Below, in pieces: positions 10,873 through 19,413 of a DNA stretch of 64,000 nucleotides. The stretch covers positions 49,639 to 113,638 of the forward strand of contig CAWELJ010000014.1 of the NCBI GenBank assembly GCA_963809825.1. The letters are read 5' to 3'. This DNA is from an uncultured Acidimicrobiaceae bacterium (GTDB taxonomy: Bacteria > Actinomycetota > Acidimicrobiia > Acidimicrobiales > RAAP-2). The position numbers and the translations under genes were made by a program. The notes under the pieces are model-generated. The model was not told the origin of the DNA. It ran no database searches and was given only the letters and a program-made list of their open reading frames with translations. Each line of letters opens with the position of its first letter. Position 1 is the first letter of the stretch.

Positions 10873-11391
10873 TCAGCTGGTCGTCGATGTGGTGGCGAGA
10901 GTGCCGCCGCACACGGACGTGTACCAGTTGGCGATGGTCAGGCCGTCGGTCTGGAGCTGCGTGTTCTTGCCCAAAGTCTCGAAGGACGAGATCAGATCCT
11001 GCTCGCTCGACGCGTTCTGGATGTCGGACTTGACCTTCTGCACGTAGGACAGGAGGTTCTTGAACGCCGTCTGGACGTTGGCCGGTGCCGTGTGGATCAC
11101 GGCAAGCGCCTTCTGCACGTTGGCCTGGTCGGTGTTGAACGCATTGAGCAAGGCCTGCTTGGCCGCGGCGAAGTTGCCCGAGGCCATCGCCTTCCCGAGG
11201 GAAGAGCCGACGGAGCTCGACCCGGTCTGCTCGCTCTGCACGGTCCGGCACATGGCGGCCGTGGGATTCGAGCCATTCACGTGGCTCGAGTGATGCTTCT
11301 TGTGCGCCGACGCGGCGCTCATCGGGGCGAGGGTCAGAGCGACGCCGACCATACCGACGCAGATGCCTTGCCACAGCCGACTGTGCTTCAC
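10873..11391 (-). CDS. secreted helical protein of unknown function with a His-rich mature N-terminus
   Basis: GGAGGTG lies 7 nt upstream of GTG 11391. The signal peptide is LWQGICVGMVGVALTLAPMSAASA, followed by HKKHHSSH. The remainder is Ala/Gln/Asn-rich and helical with two Cys. The longer 379-aa ORF-track version is an upstream extension with no support. Confidence 0.6.
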   Translation of the reverse strand: MKHSRLWQGICVGMVGVALTLAPMSAASAHKKHHSSHVNGSNPTAAMCRTVQSEQTGSSSVGSSLGKAMASGNFAAAKQALLNAFNTDQANVQKALAVIHTAPANVQTAFKNLLSYVQKVKSDIQNASSEQDLISSFETLGKNTQLQTDGLTIANWYTSVCGGTLATTSTTS

Positions 11392-11566
11392 GATCGCCAC
11401 CTCCACGGTCTCGAACTGCGGAATCGACGCTACAGCACCCGTTGTGGTTACACGCGGTTCCTGCGTGCTCCGTAAGGCCTGGTCCGGGCCCCGCGGGTGG
11501 GACAGGCCCATCTCGGTTGGCATAGGGTGTGGTGCCTGACGGGGCGTCAGAAACGGGGGCGACGAG

Positions 11567-12439
11567 GTGGACGATCTGAACGGCAGGGTGGCGGTGGTCA
11601 CCGGGGGAGCGGGCGGCATCGGCCGCGGCATCACCGAGGCGTTGCTCGAGGAAGGGGCCCGCGTCGTCATCGCCGACGTCGAGGCGCCCGTCCTCGAGAT
11701 GGCGGTGAAGGAGCTGGCCGACAGCGGTGAGGTGCGTGGTGTCGTGACCGACGTCTCCTCACCCGAGTCGGTGGAGGCGCTGGCGGCCGACGTCTTCTCC
11801 CGGGAGGGCGCGTGCCATCTCCTCTTCAACAACGCCGGGGTGACCTCGGGCGGGGGCGGACGGCCCTGGGAGCAGGAGGCCAACGACTGGACCTGGTGCT
11901 TCTCGGTCAATGTCTTCGGCGTGGCCAACGGCATGCTGTCGTTCGTGCCCCGGATGATCGAGTCGGGCGAGCCGGGCGTGGTGGTCAACACCTCGAGCAT
12001 GGACGGCGGCATCGCACCGGTGCCCTACGCCTCGGTGTACGCCTCGAGCAAGGCCGCCATCTCGTGCCTGACCGAGGCCCTGGCCCACCAGCTCGTCGCC
12101 GCCGGCACCGACCTCCGGGCGGCCGTCTTCTACCCCTCTGGCGGGTTGCTCGACACGGGCCTGTGGACTGCGCAGCGCAACCGTCCCGCCGAGCTCGCCC
12201 GCACCAAGCCCCGCCCGCCGGCGCCCGGCACCACGTTCGAGGAGTTCAGGGCGCAGCTCGAGGCGGCGGGCCGCTCGGTCGACGTGATGGATTTGCGCGA
12301 GCTCGGGCGCTTCTGCGTGCAGGGTGTGAAGCGGGGCGACTTCATCATCGGGCACGGGCTCGAGGAGGCGGCGTCCATGCTGCACCGGCGGGCCGAGGCG
12401 ATCGGGGCCGGCCAGCTGCCCCCGGCGGCGTTGAGCTGA
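11567..12439 (+). CDS. short-chain dehydrogenase/reductase (SDR)
   Basis: Cofactor motif TGGAGGIGRG, NNAG, and catalytic YASSK. The stop overlaps the next start (ATGA). Confidence 0.9.
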   Translation: MDDLNGRVAVVTGGAGGIGRGITEALLEEGARVVIADVEAPVLEMAVKELADSGEVRGVVTDVSSPESVEALAADVFSREGACHLLFNNAGVTSGGGGRPWEQEANDWTWCFSVNVFGVANGMLSFVPRMIESGEPGVVVNTSSMDGGIAPVPYASVYASSKAAISCLTEALAHQLVAAGTDLRAAVFYPSGGLLDTGLWTAQRNRPAELARTKPRPPAPGTTFEEFRAQLEAAGRSVDVMDLRELGRFCVQGVKRGDFIIGHGLEEAASMLHRRAEAIGAGQLPPAALS

Positions 12440-13680
12440 TGACCGCGACCACGGCCGTTCCGGAGCGCTACACCGTCGTCTCCGCGGACGGGCACGCCGG
12501 GGGCGACATCGGGGACTACCGGCCGTACCTGGCCACGCGCTGGCACGACGAGTTCGACGCCTGGGCGGCCGAGTACGTGAACCCCTATGCCGACCTGATC
12601 GCGCCCATCGCGTACCGCAGTTGGGACAGCGACCGGCGCCTGTCCGAGACCGAAGCCGACGGGATCGCCGCCGAGGTGCTGTTCCCCAACACCGTTCCGC
12701 CCTTCTTCGCCGAGGGCAACCTCGTCGCCCTGCCGCCCACGCCCGAGGACTACGAGCGGCGCTGGGCCGGCGTGCAGGCCCACAACCGCTGGCTGGCCGA
12801 CTTCTGCGCCCGCACGCCGGGTCGTCGGGCCGGCATCGTGCAGGTCTTCGCCAATGACATCGACGACGCCCTCGCCGAGGTGCGCTGGGCCGCCGCGACC
12901 TTCGACCCCTTCGGCGGCATCCTGCTGCCCTCCATACCACCCAACTCGCACCTGCCTCCCCTGTGGGAGGACCACTACGAGCCGCTGTGGCGCGTCTGCG
13001 CCGAGCTGGACGTCCCCATCAACATCCACGGCGGCAGTGCTCTGCCCGACTACGGCGAGCACGAGGCGGCCCGGGCCATGATGCTGATCGAGATCCCCTG
13101 GTTCAGCCACCGCTCGGTCTGGCACCTCATCTTCTCCGGCGTGCTCGAGCGGTACCCGACGTTGCGCTTCGCGGTGACGGAGCAAGGTGTGGCCTGGTTG
13201 CCCCGGGGGCTGCAGACGCTCGACTGGTTCTACGGGCGCATGACGACGACCAACGCGGCCGAGTCCAATTTCTTCGGTGCCGCCGCGGCCAACATGACCC
13301 TGACCCCCTCGGAGTACTTCGCCCGCAACTTCTGGATCGGCGCCAGCTTCTTGCGCCCGAGCGAATCGCCCCTCTGTCGCGAGCTCGGTGTCGGCCACGT
13401 GATGTGGGGGGCCGACTACCCGCACTCCGAGGGCAGCTACCCCTACACGAGAGAGGCGCTCCGGGTGGCGTTCGCCGACTATGCCGAGCCCGACGTGCGG
13501 GCCATGGTCGAGTCGACGGCGGCGCGCTTCTACGGTTTCGACCTCGACCTGCTGCGCCCGGTCGGTGACCGCATCGGGCCGCTGGTGTCCGACGTGGCCG
13601 AGCAGCTCGCCCCGGAGAATTGGCCGACCAACACGACGTGCAACGCGTTCGATCCCACGCAGATCCTGCGGGCGTGGTGA
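12439..13680 (+). CDS. amidohydrolase-2 (ACMSD/LigW-like metal-dependent hydrolase/decarboxylase) family protein
   Basis: Begins YTVVSADGHAG and ends with MWGADYPHSEG. It is a paralogue of the gene at 14474. Confidence 0.88.
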   Translation: MTATTAVPERYTVVSADGHAGGDIGDYRPYLATRWHDEFDAWAAEYVNPYADLIAPIAYRSWDSDRRLSETEADGIAAEVLFPNTVPPFFAEGNLVALPPTPEDYERRWAGVQAHNRWLADFCARTPGRRAGIVQVFANDIDDALAEVRWAAATFDPFGGILLPSIPPNSHLPPLWEDHYEPLWRVCAELDVPINIHGGSALPDYGEHEAARAMMLIEIPWFSHRSVWHLIFSGVLERYPTLRFAVTEQGVAWLPRGLQTLDWFYGRMTTTNAAESNFFGAAAANMTLTPSEYFARNFWIGASFLRPSESPLCRELGVGHVMWGADYPHSEGSYPYTREALRVAFADYAEPDVRAMVESTAARFYGFDLDLLRPVGDRIGPLVSDVAEQLAPENWPTNTTCNAFDPTQILRAW

Positions 13681-13700
13681 CGAGCCGGATGGGAGGAGAC

Positions 13701-14477
13701 ATGACGACAGTGCGCTACGGCGCCCGGGCGACCCAGGTCAACCGGGAAATCGATGCCAAGAAGGCGGACATCTGGTCCGAGGCGGTCACGGCCGTCTACG
13801 AGACCGACCCCGAGATCATCGCCGCGGTGCTCCCGCCGCCGCTGGTGCCCGGACCCGACCCGTTGGTGCGCATCACGATCACCCGGGTCGAGATGCCGGG
13901 CCTGCCCGTGTTCGGCGCGGGCTGGATCGGCGTGCAGGCCCGGCACGAGGACCGGCTGGGGGAGTACCCGATCCTGATGCCGATGACGACCGAGCAGTCC
14001 CTCATCGGGGGGCGCGAGGTCAACGGCGAACCGAAGAAGCTGGCCGAAGTCGAGGTCACCCGGGAGGGGGACAACGTGTCGGCCCGCATCGCCCGCATGG
14101 GTTCGGTGATCTGCGAGATCACCGGCCGCATCTCGGGCGTCCGGGACAACTACGAGTTGGCCAAGACGGACTTCTGGTTCAAGCTGTCGCCCTCGTGTGA
14201 GGCGGCCGGTGTGCTCGACCAGGATCCCCTGCTCGTCTACGGCGAGAAGACCGAGCGGACGCGGGTGCACGAATCCATAGAGGGTGAGCTCATCCTGAAG
14301 GAGGCGCCCCTCGACCCGGTGGCCGACCTGGTGGTGCGCCGCATGGTGGACCTCAACTGGACCGAGCGGGCGTCCACCCAGGTCGGCCGGATCATCGGGC
14401 CGGTGCCCCGCGCCGGCCTCGAGCCCTTCATCCACCAGCGTTACGACGACATCTCGGTGCTCGGGGCGAAGCGGTGA
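13701..14477 (+). CDS. acetoacetate decarboxylase (ADC)-fold family protein
   Basis: GGGAGGAGAC RBS then ATG. 258 aa with ADC-like blocks (GWIGVQARHEDRLGEYPILMPMTTEQSLIGGREVNGEPKK). Confidence 0.75.
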   Translation: MTTVRYGARATQVNREIDAKKADIWSEAVTAVYETDPEIIAAVLPPPLVPGPDPLVRITITRVEMPGLPVFGAGWIGVQARHEDRLGEYPILMPMTTEQSLIGGREVNGEPKKLAEVEVTREGDNVSARIARMGSVICEITGRISGVRDNYELAKTDFWFKLSPSCEAAGVLDQDPLLVYGEKTERTRVHESIEGELILKEAPLDPVADLVVRRMVDLNWTERASTQVGRIIGPVPRAGLEPFIHQRYDDISVLGAKR

Positions 14478-15730
14478 GCGACCGCTACACGATCATCTCC
14501 GCCGATGCCCACGCGGGGCTGCACTGCGAGGGCTACCGGCCCTACCTCGACGCCCGCTACCACCCCCAGTTCGACGACTACCTGGCGGAACGCCAGGCCA
14601 ACCGGGACGAGCAGCTCCAGATGAATTACGACTACATCATGGGGTGGGAGACGGAGAACGAGGAGGGATTGCGGGGCGCCTGGGACATCGAGCAGCGCGA
14701 CAAGGAGCTCGACGCCGACGGCGTGTCCGCCGAGGTGATGTTCGCCGACGCTGACGCCATCACCGGGATGGCATCGCCACCCTTCGGGGCCGGTCTCTCC
14801 GCCGGGGCCATCGCCGACCCCGAGCTCGCGTTCGCCGGGGCCCGGGCGCACAACCGCTTCCTGGCCGAGATGTGCGCGCGCAGCCCGGAACGGCACGGCG
14901 GCATCGCGCTGGTGCCCATCACCCACGGCGTCGAGCGCTCGGTGGCCGAGATCGAGTGGCTGGCCGAGCAGCCCGGCATCCGCGGGATCATGGTGCCCAC
15001 CATGTGGCACGACCTCGTGCCCTACAACCATCCCGACTACGACCCGGTGTGGGCCGCCTGCCAGGCGGCCGGGTTCCCCGTGCACACCCATTCGGGAGAG
15101 GCGCCACAGGACGAGTACAACGGCAACATCGGGATCTACCTGGCCGAGGTGGTGTGGTGGGCCGCGCGCCCCATGTGGCACCTCCTCTTCTCGGGCGTGT
15201 TCGAGCGCTACCCCCGGCTCAAGTACGTCGTGACGGAGGCGGCTGCCTACTGGGCCGCCGACATGATGTGGAAGTGGGACCAGTACATGGGCGGCGGCCA
15301 CACGACCAAGAAGATGGCCGCCTTGCTGAAGGGCAAGATCTCCAAGCTGCCGTCGGACTACTTCGGCGAGAACCTCTTCATCGGCGCCTCCACGATGTCG
15401 CGGGAGGAGATCCGCCGCCGTCACGTGCTCGGGTGCGACGTCGTGATGTGGGGGACCGACTACCCGCACCCCGAGGGCACCTGGCCCCACACCCAGGAGC
15501 GCCTGAAGAGTGACTTCGGCGGCATCCCGGTCGAGGATGCCCGCAAGCTGCTGGGCGAGACCGCGGCCCGCTGCTACGGGTTCGACCTCGATGCCCTCCG
15601 CCCCATCGCGGAGCGCATCGGGCCGACGCCCGCCGAGCTCGGCCAGGACCCGGCGCGGCGCACCGACCCCGAGGAGATCCGGGCCGCCCGCTGGTGGAAG
15701 GACGAGTACCAGGTCCAGGCACCGGGCTGA
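14474..15730 (+). CDS. amidohydrolase-2 family protein (paralogue of 12439..13680)
   Basis: Begins YTIISADAHAG and ends with MWGTDYPHPEG. The GTG start overlaps the previous stop (GTGA). Confidence 0.88.
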   Translation: MSDRYTIISADAHAGLHCEGYRPYLDARYHPQFDDYLAERQANRDEQLQMNYDYIMGWETENEEGLRGAWDIEQRDKELDADGVSAEVMFADADAITGMASPPFGAGLSAGAIADPELAFAGARAHNRFLAEMCARSPERHGGIALVPITHGVERSVAEIEWLAEQPGIRGIMVPTMWHDLVPYNHPDYDPVWAACQAAGFPVHTHSGEAPQDEYNGNIGIYLAEVVWWAARPMWHLLFSGVFERYPRLKYVVTEAAAYWAADMMWKWDQYMGGGHTTKKMAALLKGKISKLPSDYFGENLFIGASTMSREEIRRRHVLGCDVVMWGTDYPHPEGTWPHTQERLKSDFGGIPVEDARKLLGETAARCYGFDLDALRPIAERIGPTPAELGQDPARRTDPEEIRAARWWKDEYQVQAPG

Positions 15731-15755
15731 ACGCAGCGCCGTGAACGCCGGTCAC

Positions 15756-16310
15756 ATGGAGTACTGCGCCAGCGAGGACTGGCGCGCGCTGGTCCACGAG
15801 ACCATCCTGCCGGTGGCGTTGCGCGGCGTGGAGCTCGGCGACGACGCCATCGAGATCGGTCCGGGCCCGGGTTTCACCACCGAGGTCCTGCGCACGGCGA
15901 CGGCGCACCTCACCGCGGTCGAGCTCGACGAGGGCCTGGCGGCCGCGCTGGCCGGACGGCTGGCCGGCGGCAACGTCGACGTCGTGGTGGGCGACGCCAC
16001 GGCGCTGGGCTACCCGCCGGCGCGCTTCACCGGCGCCGCCTCCTTCCACATGCTCCACCACATCGCGCCCGCCGCGGCACAGGACCGCGTCTTCGCCGAG
16101 CTGGCGCGGGTCCTCGTGCCGGGGGGGATGCTGGTGGCCGCGGACGGGACCTACAGCGAGGGCAGTGCCCTCTTCCACGAGGGCGACACCTACAACCCGA
16201 TCGCTCCCGGGGAGCTGGCGCCCCGGCTCGCCGCCGCCGGGTTCGCCGACGTCGAGGTGCGGACCTACGATCTCGGCTGGGTGTGCACGGCGCGGGCCGG
16301 ACTGGCGTAA
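15756..16310 (+). CDS. class I SAM-dependent methyltransferase
   Basis: SAM motif I AIEIGPGPGFTT, with post-I and motif II-like blocks. An alternative in-frame GTG start lies at 15741. Confidence 0.85.
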   Translation: MEYCASEDWRALVHETILPVALRGVELGDDAIEIGPGPGFTTEVLRTATAHLTAVELDEGLAAALAGRLAGGNVDVVVGDATALGYPPARFTGAASFHMLHHIAPAAAQDRVFAELARVLVPGGMLVAADGTYSEGSALFHEGDTYNPIAPGELAPRLAAAGFADVEVRTYDLGWVCTARAGLA

Positions 16311-16353
16311 CCGCACGCCGGCCCGGGAGCGCCGGCTCGCCGACTCGTGACCA

Positions 16354-17268
16354 ATGGCACTACCCGCGCCGCGGGGAGCGCCGGGACAATTGTCTTCAGT
16401 GCCTGTCCTCTTTGGTCTGCTGGCCGCATTCTCCAATGGTCTCAACGTCGTCATGCAGCACGTTGCCAGCATCGGTGACCCACAGCAGTCCAAGGGCTGG
16501 CGGTTCGTCCGCTACCTCGTGTCCAACCCGCTGTGGCTGCTCGGGTGGGCGGCGCTCGCCGGCGCGTTCATCTTCCAGGCCATCGCCCTGCACAACGGGC
16601 CGATATCGGTGGTCCAGCCGCTCCTCGTCACCGAGCTCGTCTTCGTCCTCGTCCTGCGCTGGCTCTGGTTCCACCAGTCCATCCGTCCGATCACGTGGTG
16701 GGCGGCCGGTCTCACGTGCATCTCGCTGACGGTCTTCCTCACGATGGCCGAGCCCACCGGCGGCAGTGCCCTACCCATGAGCGGCGCCTGGGCGTCTGCC
16801 AGCACCGCCACGGCCGCCACGGCGGCGCTGTTGGCCCTCCTTGCCTTGCGTGGCTCGCCGGCACGGCGGGCGGCGCTGCTGGGGGCTTCGGCCTCCGTCC
16901 TCTGGGCGCTCGTGGCCACGTTCATCAAAGCGACCACCGACACGCTGACCCAATACGGTGCGCTCGGCATGTTCACTCATTGGCCGCTCTACGCGCTCGC
17001 CGTGACGGCACTGTTGGCCGAATTCCTGATGCAGGCGGCGTTCCACGTCGGGCCGCTCAGCATGTCCCAGCCGTTCATCGTCATCGTGGATCCCATCGTG
17101 AGCATCGCGCTGAGTGTCTGGATCTTCGGGGAGACCTTCACGCCCGATGTCGGTCGGCTCGCCATCGGATCGTTCGCCTTCGCCGCCATGTGCATCGCCG
17201 TCACCGTCCTGGCCCGCACGGCGCCGGCGACCATGGATCGCGGCCCCGTGCCGGCGGCGCACCCGTAG
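16354..17268 (+). CDS. polytopic membrane protein, DMT/EamA-like (tentative)
   Basis: 304 aa with 9-10 hydrophobic helices. The stop TAG directly abuts the stop of the convergent gene (TAGCTA). Confidence 0.65.
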   Translation: MALPAPRGAPGQLSSVPVLFGLLAAFSNGLNVVMQHVASIGDPQQSKGWRFVRYLVSNPLWLLGWAALAGAFIFQAIALHNGPISVVQPLLVTELVFVLVLRWLWFHQSIRPITWWAAGLTCISLTVFLTMAEPTGGSALPMSGAWASASTATAATAALLALLALRGSPARRAALLGASASVLWALVATFIKATTDTLTQYGALGMFTHWPLYALAVTALLAEFLMQAAFHVGPLSMSQPFIVIVDPIVSIALSVWIFGETFTPDVGRLAIGSFAFAAMCIAVTVLARTAPATMDRGPVPAAHP

Positions 17269-18114
17269 CTACATCTCCCCCACGGGGAAGAAGTCGGGCC
17301 AGTTGGTCTGCATCGACGCGCCGTCGGCGACGATGGTGGCCCCGCAGACGTAGCGCGCGGCGGCGGAGCACAAGAAGAGGACCAGGGCCGCCATCTCGTC
17401 CACCGTCCCCATGCGGACCGTGGTCCCCTCGGCCACCAGCTCGTCGGTGAAGCCCGCTTCGGTCCGGCCGACCGTGGCCAGCTCCGACGCGACCATGCCC
17501 GGTGTCGAGAACACCCCGGGAGCCAGCGCGTTGATGGTCACGCCGCGCCGCATGAGGTACGGCGCCAGGGTCTTCACCATGTTGACGACGCCGGCACGGG
17601 CGGCGCCCGAATGGACGAACATCGGCGCGCCGCGCTCGAAGGAGAACGTGTGGACCACGTTGACGATGGAACCCGAGCCGGCCTCGGCCATGGGGCCCAT
17701 GAAGCGGCTCGTCACGTTCCAGGTCCCGTTCAGGTTCAGGTCGACCACGGCCCGCCAGCCGTTGTCCGTGATCGTGCTGGGCAGGCCCGGGAATTGGCCG
17801 CCGGCGTTGTTCACGAGCGCGTCGACCCGGCCGAACCGCTCGTAGACCTCGTCGCGCAGCGCGTCGACCTCGGCCGGCTCCCGGATATTGGTGGGCACCG
17901 CGGTGCAGTCGCCGCCCACCGCCGTGATGGATACCGCGACCTCGTCGAGCCGGGCCGCGGTCCGTCCGGCGATCACGGCGTGCCCGCCGAGGTGGGCGAA
18001 GGCGTGGGCGACCTCGCGCCCGAGCCCGGTGCCCCCACCCGTGATGACGGCCACCTCGTCCTCGAAGATGCCCTGGGCGAAGACGGCCACCGCCGGTCCG
18101 GGCTCCCAGGTCAT
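17269..18114 (-). CDS. SDR-family oxidoreductase (enoyl/dienoyl-CoA reductase-like)
   Basis: Motifs ITGGGTGLG and NNAGG, with the start at ATG 18114 (MTWEPGPAVAVFAQGIFEDEVAVITGG). The ORF-track upstream extension was rejected. Confidence 0.88.
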   Translation of the reverse strand: MTWEPGPAVAVFAQGIFEDEVAVITGGGTGLGREVAHAFAHLGGHAVIAGRTAARLDEVAVSITAVGGDCTAVPTNIREPAEVDALRDEVYERFGRVDALVNNAGGQFPGLPSTITDNGWRAVVDLNLNGTWNVTSRFMGPMAEAGSGSIVNVVHTFSFERGAPMFVHSGAARAGVVNMVKTLAPYLMRRGVTINALAPGVFSTPGMVASELATVGRTEAGFTDELVAEGTTVRMGTVDEMAALVLFLCSAAARYVCGATIVADGASMQTNWPDFFPVGEM

Positions 18115-18121
18115 CGGGGGA

Positions 18122-19372
18122 TCACCCGGCGAAGTCCCAGCTCTCGCCCTTCTCGTAGTGGTGCAGGACGTTCTTGGCGATGAGGATGCGGTGCACCTCG
18201 TCGGGGCCGTCGGCCAGCCGCAGCGTGCGGGCACCGAGGTACATCTGGGCCAACGGGAGGTCGTTGGTGACCCCGGCGGCGCCCCACACCTGAATGGCGC
18301 GGTCGACCACACGGATGTAGGCGGCCGGGACGAAGACCTTGATGGCGCTGATCTCCGTGCGGGCCTGCGGATCCCCCTTGTCCACCTTCTCGGCGGCGTG
18401 GATCGTCATCAATCGGGCGGCCTGCAGGTCCATGTAGCTGTCGGCCACGAAGCCCTGCATGAACTGCTTGTCCCTGAGCAGGCCGCCGTGGACCTCGCGG
18501 GTCAGCAGGCGCTCGATCATCAAGTCGAAGGCGCGCCACATCTGGCCGACCGAGTTCATGCAATGGAAGATCCGGCCCGCGCCGAGCCTGTCCTGCGCGG
18601 CCCGGTGGCCGTCGCCGACCTGGCCGAGCAGGTTCTCCACGGGGACATGGACGTTGTCGTAGCGCACCTCGCAGTGGTCCGATTTCGGGCTTCCCCAGAT
18701 CCCGATGCCGCGCTCGATGATGACGCCCGGATTCGAGGTGGGCACGATGATCTGGGCCATCCGTCCCGGGCCCTCCTCGTCCTTGGACTCCTTGACCCGG
18801 CACATGACGATGAAGAAGTCCGCCGCCAGCCCGTTGGACGTGAACCACTTGTGCCCGTTGATGACCCACTCGTCACCCTCGCGGATGGCGGTGGTCTGAA
18901 TGGAGCGCGGGTCCGAGCCGGCGTTCTCCGGTTCGGTCATGGAGAAGCCCGACTGCATCGTCCCCTCGACGAGTGGGAGGAGCCACTTCTTCTTCTGTTC
19001 CTCGCTGCCGTACTTGACCAGGATGGTCTGGTTGCCCGAATTCGGGGCCACCACGCCGAAGAGCGCTGCCGCCCCCACGGCGTAGGCGAGAATCTCGTTC
19101 ATGTAGGCGTGCGCCATGAAGTCGATGCCCATGCCGCCGTACTCGGGGGGGAGGTGGGGTGCCCACAGTCCCTCGGCCTTCACCTTCTCCTGGATCTGGA
19201 GCCGCAGCGCCTTGGCTTCGGCGCGCTCGGCATCGGTGACGTTGCTGCCCCGGGCATGCCAGAGGAGCGACTCGTTGGGCAGGATCTTCTCGTTGACGAT
19301 GCGGGCGGTGCGGAGCCGGATGTCGTTGATGTCGTCACTCAGCCCGGCAATGGGCGTCACGTTGATGGGCAT
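18122..19372 (-). CDS. acyl-CoA dehydrogenase
   Basis: 416 aa with ACAD blocks (GFSMTEPENAGSDP, GDEWVINGHKWFTSNG, C-terminal GPDEVH). Confidence 0.9.
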   Translation of the reverse strand: MPINVTPIAGLSDDINDIRLRTARIVNEKILPNESLLWHARGSNVTDAERAEAKALRLQIQEKVKAEGLWAPHLPPEYGGMGIDFMAHAYMNEILAYAVGAAALFGVVAPNSGNQTILVKYGSEEQKKKWLLPLVEGTMQSGFSMTEPENAGSDPRSIQTTAIREGDEWVINGHKWFTSNGLAADFFIVMCRVKESKDEEGPGRMAQIIVPTSNPGVIIERGIGIWGSPKSDHCEVRYDNVHVPVENLLGQVGDGHRAAQDRLGAGRIFHCMNSVGQMWRAFDLMIERLLTREVHGGLLRDKQFMQGFVADSYMDLQAARLMTIHAAEKVDKGDPQARTEISAIKVFVPAAYIRVVDRAIQVWGAAGVTNDLPLAQMYLGARTLRLADGPDEVHRILIAKNVLHHYEKGESWDFAG

Positions 19373-19413
19373 GGATCGGTCCCCCGTGGGTCTTCGTCTC
19401 TCAGGCTCGAACC

